Source: an uncultured virus (IMG/VR IMGVR_UViG_3300018494_000116)
Lineage: Duplodnaviria; Heunggongvirae; Uroviricota; Caudoviricetes
DNA length: 64,000 bases
Reading direction: 5' to 3' (one strand)
IMG/VR virus record: IMGVR_UViG_3300018494_000116
Location: 1-64,000 of that record
Below are positions 49,754 through 58,644 of the stretch, in pieces. A model generated the notes under the pieces. That model saw nothing but the letters and a program-made list of their open reading frames with translations. It made no database searches and had not been told where the DNA came from. Position 1 is the first letter of the stretch. Each line of letters starts with the position of its first letter. Position numbers and translations under genes: made by a program.

Positions 49754-50305
49754 TTAAAAACCTTTAAAATAATCGTCTGCTAAACCCAGATCTATTGCTT
49801 CATTTGCAGAAATATACCAATCTTCTCTTTGGCTTAATTTATTTGCCAAAATTTCTAGTGGAACTTTGGAATTATTAACCACAACAGTACATATCATAGC
49901 TTGTATTCGATTTAATTCTCCCACTTTATCTCTAATTGTTTCTAATTTATCCGCAACTGCGCTAGAAACATCGTGAAACATTAATGTTGCATAATCTCCA
50001 ACATATCTTTTGTGTCCAACACTGTAAATTAACATTCCCATACTCATAGCTGACCCTAAAGCAATTGTATGAATTGGAGTTCTACTATTTCTAATAGCAT
50101 CTATTAATGCAAAACCATCATAAACACTTCCACCGGGCGAGTTTATAAATAATTTAATTGGTTCGCGTGATAAAATAGGAAGATTATTAAGAGCAGCATG
50201 CTCTTCTTTCTGCTTATCCTCATGATTTATTTGAATTATATCATATATTATACTTTGAACAGTATAACTGTTAATATCACCATTTAAAAATAATTGTCTA
50301 TTCAT
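49754..50305 (-). CDS. clpP: ClpP-family protease
   Basis: IKLFINSPGGSV, GSAMSMG (Ser), LMFHD (His), DWYISANEAIDLGLAD. Confidence 0.9.
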   Translation of the reverse strand: MNRQLFLNGDINSYTVQSIIYDIIQINHEDKQKEEHAALNNLPILSREPIKLFINSPGGSVYDGFALIDAIRNSRTPIHTIALGSAMSMGMLIYSVGHKRYVGDYATLMFHDVSSAVADKLETIRDKVGELNRIQAMICTVVVNNSKVPLEILANKLSQREDWYISANEAIDLGLADDYFKGF

Positions 50306-50511
50306 TTCTCTTCCTCTTTTTCATCAGTCAGTATGGCTCCGCCGCCAATAAGTGCTAACAAGGCAAGAATAATTAAAACTATTATTCCAAAACTGTCATT
50401 TATCCACCAAGCAAGATATACTGCACCGATAGATAAAAATGCAGTCAACGCCACACCAACTAATACAAAATACACTTTAATTGCGTTCCAAAAATCTTCC
50501 CAAACAAACAT
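50302..50511 (-). CDS. small membrane protein (two TM helices)
   Basis: Two hydrophobic stretches, charged tail. Confidence 0.6.
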   Translation of the reverse strand: MFVWEDFWNAIKVYFVLVGVALTAFLSIGAVYLAWWINDSFGIIVLIILALLALIGGGAILTDEKEEEK

Positions 50512-50577
50512 TATAAGTTGATACCTTTAACAATAGAAAATTTTTTCATATAAACTCTCACCTCATCTTATATAAAA

Positions 50578-50606
50578 ATTATAACATAAAATAAATAAAA
50601 AATCAA
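50578..50606 (-). promoter_or_regulatory. sigma-A-type promoter
   Basis: TTGATT, 17 nt, TATAAT; adjacent CAAGCCA/TGGCTTG hairpin. Confidence 0.75.
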
Positions 50607-50641
50607 GCCAAAGCTTATGTCAAACTCTGGCTTGTTAAATT

Positions 50642-51901
50642 TTAAAAAAGTGTATTTTTAGTTTGCGGAATAACAGTATCTAAATTCATAGTTGATAGTA
50701 TTGCAACAAAAACATCAAAGTTAATTACACATAACTCATTCTTTGCTCTTGTCATTCCAACATATGCGACATTAAGCTCTTCCTCATTATTAACAAATAT
50801 ATCACACAAAATTACATTATCATATTCCAAACCTTTTGCTTGGTGTACTGTACTGCAATTTTGGATACCTATTGCTTGTAGTTTGCGCACCTGCTTGTTT
50901 GTTCGGCACAAAACCATAGTACCAGGCATTGTAAGCAATCTTTTAATTATAACTAAAGGATCTTCCGATTCTGCATTTCCAGTAGTAATACAGTATTTCT
51001 TTTCATCAACAAAATAAACAATACCACCTTTGCCGCGACTGCATATTACAGGGCTAGTTTTAAGTTCTCGTAGTGTAGTGATATATTGATCGCCTTCACA
51101 GCTATCTCTAAAACTATCTGCTACATCCATTATGGATTGTTTAGAACGATAATTAGTATTTAAATAATAGGTTTTAAAATTTGATGCGGCGAGTCTTTCA
51201 AAAATATCTTCAAGAGCATTATTAAAACCATAAATTGCTTGACGAAAATCTCCAATAAAAAACTTTTTACTTGCACAAACTTTTTCAAAAATCTTAAATT
51301 GTATTTCATCAATATCTTGAAATTCATCTACAAATAATCCATCAATGTCATAAATTTCTTCGTCATATTCATTTAAAGTATCTAATAAATATTGCGGCAA
51401 GTCTGTAAAATCATACAAACCGCGCTCTTGTTTATATTCTATATATAATGCTTTAATTTTTTCATACTTTTTTACTATTGCATCATCTAAATCAATGGTT
51501 TTGATATTACCAACAATATAATTATACAATTGGAATATATTAACAAACTTCATATTCTTACGATAAGCAATTTTTTGCATTATGCGTCGCATTTCTTCTT
51601 CTTCCAAAAGCTCTACTGTGAAACTATATTTTGCGCCAAGAGCATATAATTGTTGTAATGCCCAAGCGTGTATAGTTCCAGTTTTTACTTTTGGATTGTG
51701 TATGCGTTCTGCCAACTCGTGTGCAGCTTTGCGTGTAAAGGTAATCGCAGTAACAGAGTGTAGAGGATGCAATGCAAGATATTCTTGAATAGTTGTGCAC
51801 ATTACAAGGGTTTTTCCAGCACCTGGTGGCGCAACTACTACTACTCTAGGCTCTTTGCTATATACTGCCTTCAGTTGTGCTTCGTTCAGCTGTATTGCCA
51901 T
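50642..51901 (-). CDS. UvrD/Rep-family SF1 helicase (compact)
   Basis: LNEAQ, APPGAGKT, VDEFQD, GDFRQAIYGF, NYRS, TVHQAKGLE, YVGMTRAK. Confidence 0.9.
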   Translation of the reverse strand: MAIQLNEAQLKAVYSKEPRVVVVAPPGAGKTLVMCTTIQEYLALHPLHSVTAITFTRKAAHELAERIHNPKVKTGTIHAWALQQLYALGAKYSFTVELLEEEEMRRIMQKIAYRKNMKFVNIFQLYNYIVGNIKTIDLDDAIVKKYEKIKALYIEYKQERGLYDFTDLPQYLLDTLNEYDEEIYDIDGLFVDEFQDIDEIQFKIFEKVCASKKFFIGDFRQAIYGFNNALEDIFERLAASNFKTYYLNTNYRSKQSIMDVADSFRDSCEGDQYITTLRELKTSPVICSRGKGGIVYFVDEKKYCITTGNAESEDPLVIIKRLLTMPGTMVLCRTNKQVRKLQAIGIQNCSTVHQAKGLEYDNVILCDIFVNNEEELNVAYVGMTRAKNELCVINFDVFVAILSTMNLDTVIPQTKNTLF

Positions 51902-52421
51902 TTGTTTTCCTTTCTTCTTCCTTTAAACCAAGAGTGGTAAGAAAGAGTTTGAGATGTTCCATAGTAGGAAAGAAATATTCTACATCTTTTTTAGTATAAT
52001 AATTAATTTCCATATCCGCTTCTTGCAATAGTTCATTATCTCGCTTGATATAATAGTCGAAGTTTTCTGTGTTTCCATAATCTTCACCGCCATCGAAGCC
52101 TATAATGTGATCAAATTTAATCTTGCTATCTTTAGAACAGTTGCCAACAATAATCCAAGGTTTTTTTGTATTCATTTTTTTAATTGCGGCTTTAATATTT
52201 TTTACAAAAGCTGCATTAAGCACTCTATATGAATGTTTGAAATCACTTGCATTTTCTTTTAATGTTAATTCGCCAAGAAGAGCCATTATTTGCGGAGAAA
52301 ATACTTCATTGTTTTGTATAAAAGAATGGCTTATATAATCATAGACTGATGCAATATTTATAGGATGTATTTGAGTTACTATTAAAATTTTAGGTGGTCT
52401 TTGTTTTGATTTATTATTCAT
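51858..52421 (-). CDS. hypothetical protein
   Basis: ORF with AAGGAG RBS before ATG 52421. Confidence 0.6.
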   Translation of the reverse strand: MNNKSKQRPPKILIVTQIHPINIASVYDYISHSFIQNNEVFSPQIMALLGELTLKENASDFKHSYRVLNAAFVKNIKAAIKKMNTKKPWIIVGNCSKDSKIKFDHIIGFDGGEDYGNTENFDYYIKRDNELLQEADMEINYYTKKDVEYFFPTMEHLKLFLTTLGLKEEERKTNGNTAERSTTEGSI

Positions 52422-52920
52422 TATTTTCTCCTTTTGCCAATATTTCTGCGCCAGCAATTCGGTATTGAACTGCAAGTTTGTCAGCAATATTGTTCCATGT
52501 GTTATATGAATGGCCTGACACTTTTGAAATGATAATATTGGGTATTAATTCATAGTAATATAAAATTCTTTCCCATAAATCTTGATTTGCTACGGGCTCT
52601 TTTTTAGATGTTTTCCAGTTATTTTTGCGCCAAGTTTTATACCAACCGTCTTTGAAGCAGTTGCTAATATATGCGCTATCTGTATAAATAGAGGCGCTTT
52701 CAAAAGACTCTCCATAAACTGATTCATATGCCCAATGGTCGTATATGTATTCTAATGCTTTTAATATGGCCGTAAGTTCCATACGGTTGTTAGTTGTTTC
52801 AAATACCCAATCACCGTAAGCAATATATGGCTTTTCTTCACGTTGCGTCGGAATTACTATTGCCCATCCTCCAACATTTGTTTTGGAAGAGTGAGCGCCA
52901 TCTGTGTATATATTAATCAA
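52414..52920 (-). CDS. rnhA: ribonuclease HI
   Basis: IYTDGA, TNNRMEL, YTDSAY, VANQDLW, KVSGH..N..AD. Confidence 0.92.
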   Translation of the reverse strand: MINIYTDGAHSSKTNVGGWAIVIPTQREEKPYIAYGDWVFETTNNRMELTAILKALEYIYDHWAYESVYGESFESASIYTDSAYISNCFKDGWYKTWRKNNWKTSKKEPVANQDLWERILYYYELIPNIIISKVSGHSYNTWNNIADKLAVQYRIAGAEILAKGENNE

Positions 52921-53005
52921 TATTAGTCAACTCCTATTGTTTCTTTTATTATGTTAGCATAATTAACTAGATTTAAAACTAAAGTTTATTTGTATCTGTA
53001 TTTGT

Positions 53006-53620
53006 TTATAGAGCTTCTTCTGGTATATCAAGATATGTCAATAATTTGTTCATCAAAATTATATCTTCTATATTAGAGCGCTCTATATATAATGTAACAG
53101 TATAATCTGACGTCGATGGTGTTTTACCATTTATCTTAATATTAGTTAAAACAATTTGTAGTGTAGGAGAACCATTAAAAGAGGCGCCGCGGTTAACATC
53201 TATGTCCATTGAGGAATCTGTTATAACAACATCTTCCTTACCAACCTCTTTAGTTACAACAACAACCGTAGATCTTGCAATATCTTTCAACATCCAGTCA
53301 TATAATTTATCATAGTAGCGATACGGATATGGCACCTCAACGCCTTGAATAGTTTTTAAATCATCATCTGGAATAAGAGATGCGCTAGCGTATGGAAGAG
53401 AATTTATGGTAATAAATTCTTGTGATTTAATATGATCGTAATATAATTGTGTTTCGCTCATTTTGTTTTCTATGTCTTCTGCTTCATATGGATCCTCTGT
53501 AATTGTTACTGGAGAATTTATGTTTTTTGTTATAACGGTATTTGTTATAATGGTATTTTTTTTGATAACAGTATCACCAACTTGAATTGGCGATAAAAAA
53601 GGTATATAATCTAATCCCAT
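53006..53620 (-). CDS. hypothetical protein
   Basis: 204-aa ORF in operon. Confidence 0.6.
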   Translation of the reverse strand: MGLDYIPFLSPIQVGDTVIKKNTIITNTVITKNINSPVTITEDPYEAEDIENKMSETQLYYDHIKSQEFITINSLPYASASLIPDDDLKTIQGVEVPYPYRYYDKLYDWMLKDIARSTVVVVTKEVGKEDVVITDSSMDIDVNRGASFNGSPTLQIVLTNIKINGKTPSTSDYTVTLYIERSNIEDIILMNKLLTYLDIPEEAL

Positions 53621-53621
53621 A

Positions 53622-54071
53622 TTACTTCACCATCCTTTTTTTCCAACAACTATTTATTTTTCCAACTTCAAAGCCAATGCCCTCTATTTTTGTATTAAAC
53701 TTTATCCATCTTAAATAATTCATTGTTTTCATATTTATTTCTGGCAGACCAAATAATCCCAATCTGTCTTGTTCTTCTGCCTTTTTGTTTTCTTCATAAT
53801 TTTCGCAATAAATATCTGTCAAAACATTTTCTATATAATCATACAAATCTTCAACATCATTTTTATCACATCTGCCGGTTATTTTTATGTCATAGTATAC
53901 AACCTTACCATTTATATCATATCCGTATGTGTCTTTTAAGCACTCTTTTAAGCCCCTAATCATTTCCGTAATTGGCAAGTTTAAAATTTCTGAATGAAAA
54001 GCTTTGCGTATAACTATTGCATCCTTTTTTATTCGCTCTACTTTATGAGTTTTTAAATTAAAAAATTTCAT
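53622..54071 (-). CDS. hypothetical protein
   Basis: 149 aa, ATGA overlap, AAGGAG RBS. Confidence 0.6.
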   Translation of the reverse strand: MKFFNLKTHKVERIKKDAIVIRKAFHSEILNLPITEMIRGLKECLKDTYGYDINGKVVYYDIKITGRCDKNDVEDLYDYIENVLTDIYCENYEENKKAEEQDRLGLFGLPEINMKTMNYLRWIKFNTKIEGIGFEVGKINSCWKKRMVK

Positions 54072-54616
54072 TTTTCATTCTCCTTTCCATTTAAAAAAGC
54101 AAAAGCATGTAACAATGCCCACACATCTGCATAAGCATTATGCTCGTTAAACATAAAATACCCATCTTCTGCAGCAATATCTGTCAAAGTTAAAAACTTA
54201 TCTCTACCTAATAACTTTTTTGCTTTTTTATAAGTGTCATATCTATTACAAAAGCGGCTAAGACAAATATCATTTTCATCCAATAGCCGCATATCATTAT
54301 CTATTCCATGTCCTACCAATAGAACATCTTTAACATCGATATTGGATATGACTTGCTCCACCAAAGCCCTCGCTCGGGGCAAATCTAACCCGTTATCGCG
54401 TAGGTATGCATCGGTTATGTTCGTATACTGTACGAAAAACGGTGATAGTAAGTGATTTTGCTTAATATACACATTAAAGCTTTCCTGTATTTCAAACATA
54501 TTAGGTTGCTTCGCGCCGAGAATGAGAAACGCTACTTGAACCAATGAAGTTTTGTCATATTCAATATCGAATAAAATTATATTTTTTTGTTTAATATTTT
54601 TTAATTGTATAATCAT
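54068..54616 (-). CDS. second DEDDh 3'-5' exonuclease
   Basis: FDIE, GHGIDND, HNAYAD. Confidence 0.8.
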   Translation of the reverse strand: MIIQLKNIKQKNIILFDIEYDKTSLVQVAFLILGAKQPNMFEIQESFNVYIKQNHLLSPFFVQYTNITDAYLRDNGLDLPRARALVEQVISNIDVKDVLLVGHGIDNDMRLLDENDICLSRFCNRYDTYKKAKKLLGRDKFLTLTDIAAEDGYFMFNEHNAYADVWALLHAFAFLNGKENEK

Positions 54617-54643
54617 TTTAGTTGCCTTTCTTTTTCTAAAATA

Positions 54644-54672
54644 ATTATATCATAATTTTGTCGCAAAGTCAA
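54644..54672 (-). promoter_or_regulatory. sigma-A-type promoter
   Basis: TTGACT, 17 nt, TATAAT. Confidence 0.8.
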
Positions 54673-54684
54673 TTTTACTTTTGT

Positions 54685-55335
54685 TTATTTGGGACACATA
54701 ATACTATCTTTACTAATATTATAGAATGTTTTATATGATTTTCCAATTTCTGGCTCAAACAATACAGGATACAATTCCACACTTAAATCAAAAGCACCAA
54801 ATTCTTCTGAGCTAGCTACAAATTCTAATTCTCCAACTGGTACGCAAAAAGGCATAAAAATATAAATTGGCTCTACTTTTTTAGTTTGTAAATTTATAGT
54901 ATATGTTTTGCCCTCTAAACATAGCGGTGTAGAAAAAGTTAAAGGGCAATAAAGTCTTCCTGTGTCATCTTGTTGTAAATTAAAGAAATTTTTTAACACG
55001 TCAATTTTTCCAATCGCATCTTTAATTTCTACTTTAACTTTTTTACCAACTCTTGCGGCAGGAACATTAGCGGCTCCAGCTTTAAATACTTTCTCTGGTC
55101 CGGACTCCTGTATATTAGACAATTGTAAAGTATCAAGATACATCACTTTTTCTGCATTTTTAGTTATCTCTTTAATAACATTTTCTGACATCTTGTACCA
55201 GTTGCGCACACTATTTAATCTATCCCTTTCAATTTGGAAGGGAAAACTACCTAATTTTAATACATGTACGTCCATTACAGTAGCAACACCAAACCCATCA
55301 AGCAAATTTTCCAATGTATTATTCATCTTTTTCAA
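54685..55335 (-). CDS. tail tube paralog 3 (divergent, outside structural operon)
   Basis: LLDGFGVATVMD, YLDTLQLSNIQESGPEK, GKKVKVEIKDAIG and IYIFMP align with 10909-11634. Confidence 0.75.
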   Translation of the reverse strand: MKKMNNTLENLLDGFGVATVMDVHVLKLGSFPFQIERDRLNSVRNWYKMSENVIKEITKNAEKVMYLDTLQLSNIQESGPEKVFKAGAANVPAARVGKKVKVEIKDAIGKIDVLKNFFNLQQDDTGRLYCPLTFSTPLCLEGKTYTINLQTKKVEPIYIFMPFCVPVGELEFVASSEEFGAFDLSVELYPVLFEPEIGKSYKTFYNISKDSIMCPK

Positions 55336-55666
55336 AATTATCTTTGACTGTTTCTAATGCTTTTTCAGCCAAATCTTCTATATCAATATTTTTTGTAATT
55401 AGAGCCATAAACTTATATAACAGTGGAGCCTTACTCTTATAAGTGTCAAGCACCATTTGCATCTTTTCCAATCCGGCCCCATGCTTTTTAATTGCGCCTT
55501 CGGCAATAACTACCGCACTTATGAGCCATTGTTTAATTGTTTCTTTACGTTGTTCTGGCGACATACGAGCTATTTGAACAACTTTCCATACTACAAAAGC
55601 CAACCCCGCCGCAACTATAATTCCAAATAATATCCAAGGTAACCAAACTTCAACCATTGTGTACAC
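55319..55666 (-). CDS. holin (LL-H-like)
   Basis: N-terminal TM helix, WLISAVVIAE...GAGLEK motif. Confidence 0.65.
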   Translation of the reverse strand: MYTMVEVWLPWILFGIIVAAGLAFVVWKVVQIARMSPEQRKETIKQWLISAVVIAEGAIKKHGAGLEKMQMVLDTYKSKAPLLYKFMALITKNIDIEDLAEKALETVKDNFEKDE

Positions 55667-55667
55667 C

Positions 55668-55856
55668 TCACTTTATTTTTTTATATAAACCGCAGTGACA
55701 ATATTCTCCTACTGCAACATTTTCTCTAAAATCTTTACACATGCATTTGGTATCAACAGTCTTTTCAATTTCACAAGGACAAAAACCTTCATTTTCTTTT
55801 AAAGCTGTTTTAATTTCTTGTACCAATTCTACATTTTCATTTAATTGTACTTTCAT
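55668..55856 (-). CDS. ferredoxin:thioredoxin reductase catalytic-subunit-like protein
   Basis: CPC...CMC...CHCGLY, matching the FTR CPC/CPC/CHC signature. Confidence 0.8.
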   Translation of the reverse strand: MKVQLNENVELVQEIKTALKENEGFCPCEIEKTVDTKCMCKDFRENVAVGEYCHCGLYKKIK

Positions 55857-56323
55857 TTTATATCAGAAGACCAGAACTGCTTAGTAATGTCCTCCCACTC
55901 TCCATTTGTTTTTTTATACATACGTTGATTAGTAGATGGGGATTTAAGACCACCTAAAGCAGTCTGATAACTACCTACTTTCACATAATCTAATAAATCT
56001 AATAACTCTACATCAGGCCACTCATCAAAACCGCTATATAATGCAGTTTTAAATCCTTTGATGCGACAATAGTGCAAAATACTCAACAATTGATGTCTTT
56101 GTTTTTCATCGTTTCCGCCCATAAACAGGACACAAGTTATCTTATTTTTATATTTACGCAATAGTTGCGGCAAAAGCCAAAACACTTCTCTGCCGCAATC
56201 TTCACGCAACCAAGGAGAATGACATCCAGGACAGTTATTCGGACAGTTAGAAATTGAAAAGCTTAATGCTATCTCATCCGGCACTTCTTGAAAACAAATC
56301 ATTTCACTTGCACTCTTCATCAT
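55853..56323 (-). CDS. nrdG: anaerobic RNR activating enzyme
   Basis: EVPDEIAL, CPNNCPGCH, SPSTNQR. Confidence 0.92.
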   Translation of the reverse strand: MMKSASEMICFQEVPDEIALSFSISNCPNNCPGCHSPWLREDCGREVFWLLPQLLRKYKNKITCVLFMGGNDEKQRHQLLSILHYCRIKGFKTALYSGFDEWPDVELLDLLDYVKVGSYQTALGGLKSPSTNQRMYKKTNGEWEDITKQFWSSDIK

Positions 56324-58157
56324 GATAATGGCGATTTGCTCCTTCTGCTTGTCTTGGTTCTGACCATGCAGAAATACGTTTTACATAGCCAATAATACGA
56401 GTAAGCCAATCTACATTATTAGAACCACACTTGTGGCAAGTTTTCATATAATGCTTAGAAATATGACCACACTCGTTGCAAATGGTATTAGGAATATTGA
56501 ATGTAAAATATGAACAGCCTTCTTGTGCCGCAACATCCAGCAAATGACGATACTGTGCTTCTGTAAGATGCTCTTCCAGATTCAAGTGACAAGCACTACC
56601 TCCATCAAGATAACGAGTAAGTTTATCACCATGCATAGTCATTTTATCCAACACCGATAGGCTGTCATCCTCTACCTTAAAGAAATAGGAGTTATAACAA
56701 TCCCTTTCTACCTGATAGCCTTCTTCTCTATCCCAGGTTGCATGCTTCACCCCAAGGTTCTCCGCAGGTACGAACTCACAGTTGAACATCAACTCCTCGG
56801 TCTTGTGTGCGCGGTTAACTTCCATAATAGGTTCAAGAATAGACCTACCAAACTGGTAGTATTCTTCATTGTCGGATATATCAATACCCAAGAATTCAGC
56901 TGCCTCTACAAAACCATTAATACCAGTTGTGAGATATTGTTTCTCCAATGATATATATCCAGCATCATATACGGGCAACAGACCATCAGTTAATTCTTCT
57001 TTAAGCAATTCGTTAAATGCAGTTAAATATTTAATATTCTTTTCTGCTTCTTCTCTAATTACATTACTAATATCAAGGCCATAATGCACTGCATCTTGAA
57101 CCAATCTATTAATGTTCATAGTAATTACTGCTTTACTACCGGTGGATATTCCTCCAGCACCAAGAGTATAAGAGAATACATTATCAGTAATACCATTTTT
57201 TAAACGACAACAGCTAGACAAACTATCGGCGCTATCACTATTATAACAGAAGAAACTATGTCCTTTTGCCCACATTTTTGCGACAAAAGATGCCCAGTCT
57301 TCATCATAATATTCTTTGGTTTTTTTATCGTAAACTAAATTTGCTGTTTCAACTGGGAACGTTAACCATTCACGCAGTCTCTCATTATTTAACCACTCCA
57401 TATGAAGCTTTTGCAACCAAGAAACACTTTCCCACTGCATTTCGCCGCCATCCGGAAAGATAAAATCCTCAAATATTGCATCAAAGTATGTTTTATCATA
57501 ATAAGAAATATTCCAAAACACTGCTTGGTAACCTCTTGCAGCAGCTGGTTCATTTAAGGAATATGCTACTTGTTCAAAACAATCGGTAATTACTTTTTTG
57601 ATTGTACGTCTGCGATTAGATAAATCTACTATTTCATCTGCGCGCAAATAATAATCATCGCCGTAATCTTTGCGGATAAAGTAATCTAAATATGCTAAAT
57701 ATTCTGGTGTTGCTACTGCTCCTGCAAATTGACTTGCAATAGCAAAAACTAAATTAATAAAATTACCGCAGAAACTCGCCAAGTTGGTGGGAGCACCAGA
57801 AGGTGCGCCAAGTGTTCTCATACCCTCCAAAAGAAAAGGATATAAAGTTACACTTACACAATAGGGCATAATAGGATGTGTTTCATCGTGCCTATATTTT
57901 TCATGCATTTCAAGTTGACGAATATATTCTTCTGCTACGGAAATATCATAAAGCTCTGTTAATTTATTAATCATACGATAGCGATTAACGCCAATCATAT
58001 CACCCTTGTTTAATTCGTTAGATAATGTACAAACATTTTTATTATCTACATTGGCATTACTATCAAACTTACTACCTGTTGCAGCATTACTTGCTTTGGA
58101 ATATGTTTGTATATAATCATTAAGATGCTTATATCTATTATATTTTTCTATGTACAT
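56304..58157 (-). CDS. nrdD: class III (anaerobic) ribonucleotide reductase, no ATP cone
   Basis: PYCVS, FPVET, SSCCR finger loop, PAENL, CNECG/CHKCG, RIIGY glycyl-radical site. Confidence 0.95.
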   Translation of the reverse strand: MYIEKYNRYKHLNDYIQTYSKASNAATGSKFDSNANVDNKNVCTLSNELNKGDMIGVNRYRMINKLTELYDISVAEEYIRQLEMHEKYRHDETHPIMPYCVSVTLYPFLLEGMRTLGAPSGAPTNLASFCGNFINLVFAIASQFAGAVATPEYLAYLDYFIRKDYGDDYYLRADEIVDLSNRRRTIKKVITDCFEQVAYSLNEPAAARGYQAVFWNISYYDKTYFDAIFEDFIFPDGGEMQWESVSWLQKLHMEWLNNERLREWLTFPVETANLVYDKKTKEYYDEDWASFVAKMWAKGHSFFCYNSDSADSLSSCCRLKNGITDNVFSYTLGAGGISTGSKAVITMNINRLVQDAVHYGLDISNVIREEAEKNIKYLTAFNELLKEELTDGLLPVYDAGYISLEKQYLTTGINGFVEAAEFLGIDISDNEEYYQFGRSILEPIMEVNRAHKTEELMFNCEFVPAENLGVKHATWDREEGYQVERDCYNSYFFKVEDDSLSVLDKMTMHGDKLTRYLDGGSACHLNLEEHLTEAQYRHLLDVAAQEGCSYFTFNIPNTICNECGHISKHYMKTCHKCGSNNVDWLTRIIGYVKRISAWSEPRQAEGANRHYHDEECK

Positions 58158-58159
58158 TT

Positions 58160-58369
58160 TTACTCCTGAGAAAGAACCCATTTTAATGCTTGGGGATTTT
58201 TCATTAATTGATCATCAACCATCAATTGCGGCACTTGTTTAATGCCCAGTTCTTTCATTGTGTTTATATCATTACATAAAATATATTCTATGTTTTTATT
58301 TTTTAAAGCTTTTTCCAATCCTTTACATAAAGGACAACCAGTGGAAAAAAGTATGATTTCGTTTGGCAT
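58160..58369 (-). CDS. nrdH: NrdH/glutaredoxin-like redoxin
   Basis: TGCPLCK, QVPQL cis-Pro motif, 69 aa. Confidence 0.85.
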   Translation of the reverse strand: MPNEIILFSTGCPLCKGLEKALKNKNIEYILCNDINTMKELGIKQVPQLMVDDQLMKNPQALKWVLSQE

Positions 58370-58399
58370 AATTCTTCTCCCTTCGCCTTCTATATAATA

Positions 58400-58428
58400 A
58401 TTATAACACATTTTGAGACTTTTGTCAA
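58400..58428 (-). promoter_or_regulatory. sigma-A-type promoter of nrd operon
   Basis: TTGACA, 17 nt, TATAAT, extended TG. Confidence 0.85.
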
Positions 58429-58429
58429 A

Positions 58430-58606
58430 TTTGAAAAACAATTGTGTAGCGGACATCTTACAAGAACACTGGAAGAGCACGAAAAAGAAACACTCACTCA
58501 GTATTATAAGGATTATAAAGCCATTGGTGGTAATAGTTATATTGATAAGTATTACGAAAGAATGGAAACCTGGGCCGTAATTTCTGACGACTATGAGGAG
58601 GAATAA
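58430..58606 (+). pseudogene. 3' remnant of a holin-like gene
   Basis: Frame lacking a credible RBS-linked start reads ...YYKDYKAIGGNSYIDKYYERMETW...; same GGNSYI motif as 63607-63999. Confidence 0.6.
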
Positions 58607-58607
58607 T

Positions 58608-58642
58608 AAAACACCACGTTTTAATGCGTGGTGCTTTTTTTT
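58608..58642. terminator. intrinsic (bidirectional) terminator
   Basis: CACCACG/CGTGGTG stem, T8 tract, upstream A tract. Confidence 0.75.
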
Positions 58643-58644
58643 AG

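Noticed and set aside
50511..50549. 12-codon ORF (MKKFSIVKGINL) with good RBS, coupled by TAATG to the membrane gene
   Set aside because: Could be a leader peptide or a one-base deletion in a longer gene; cannot be distinguished from the sequence alone.
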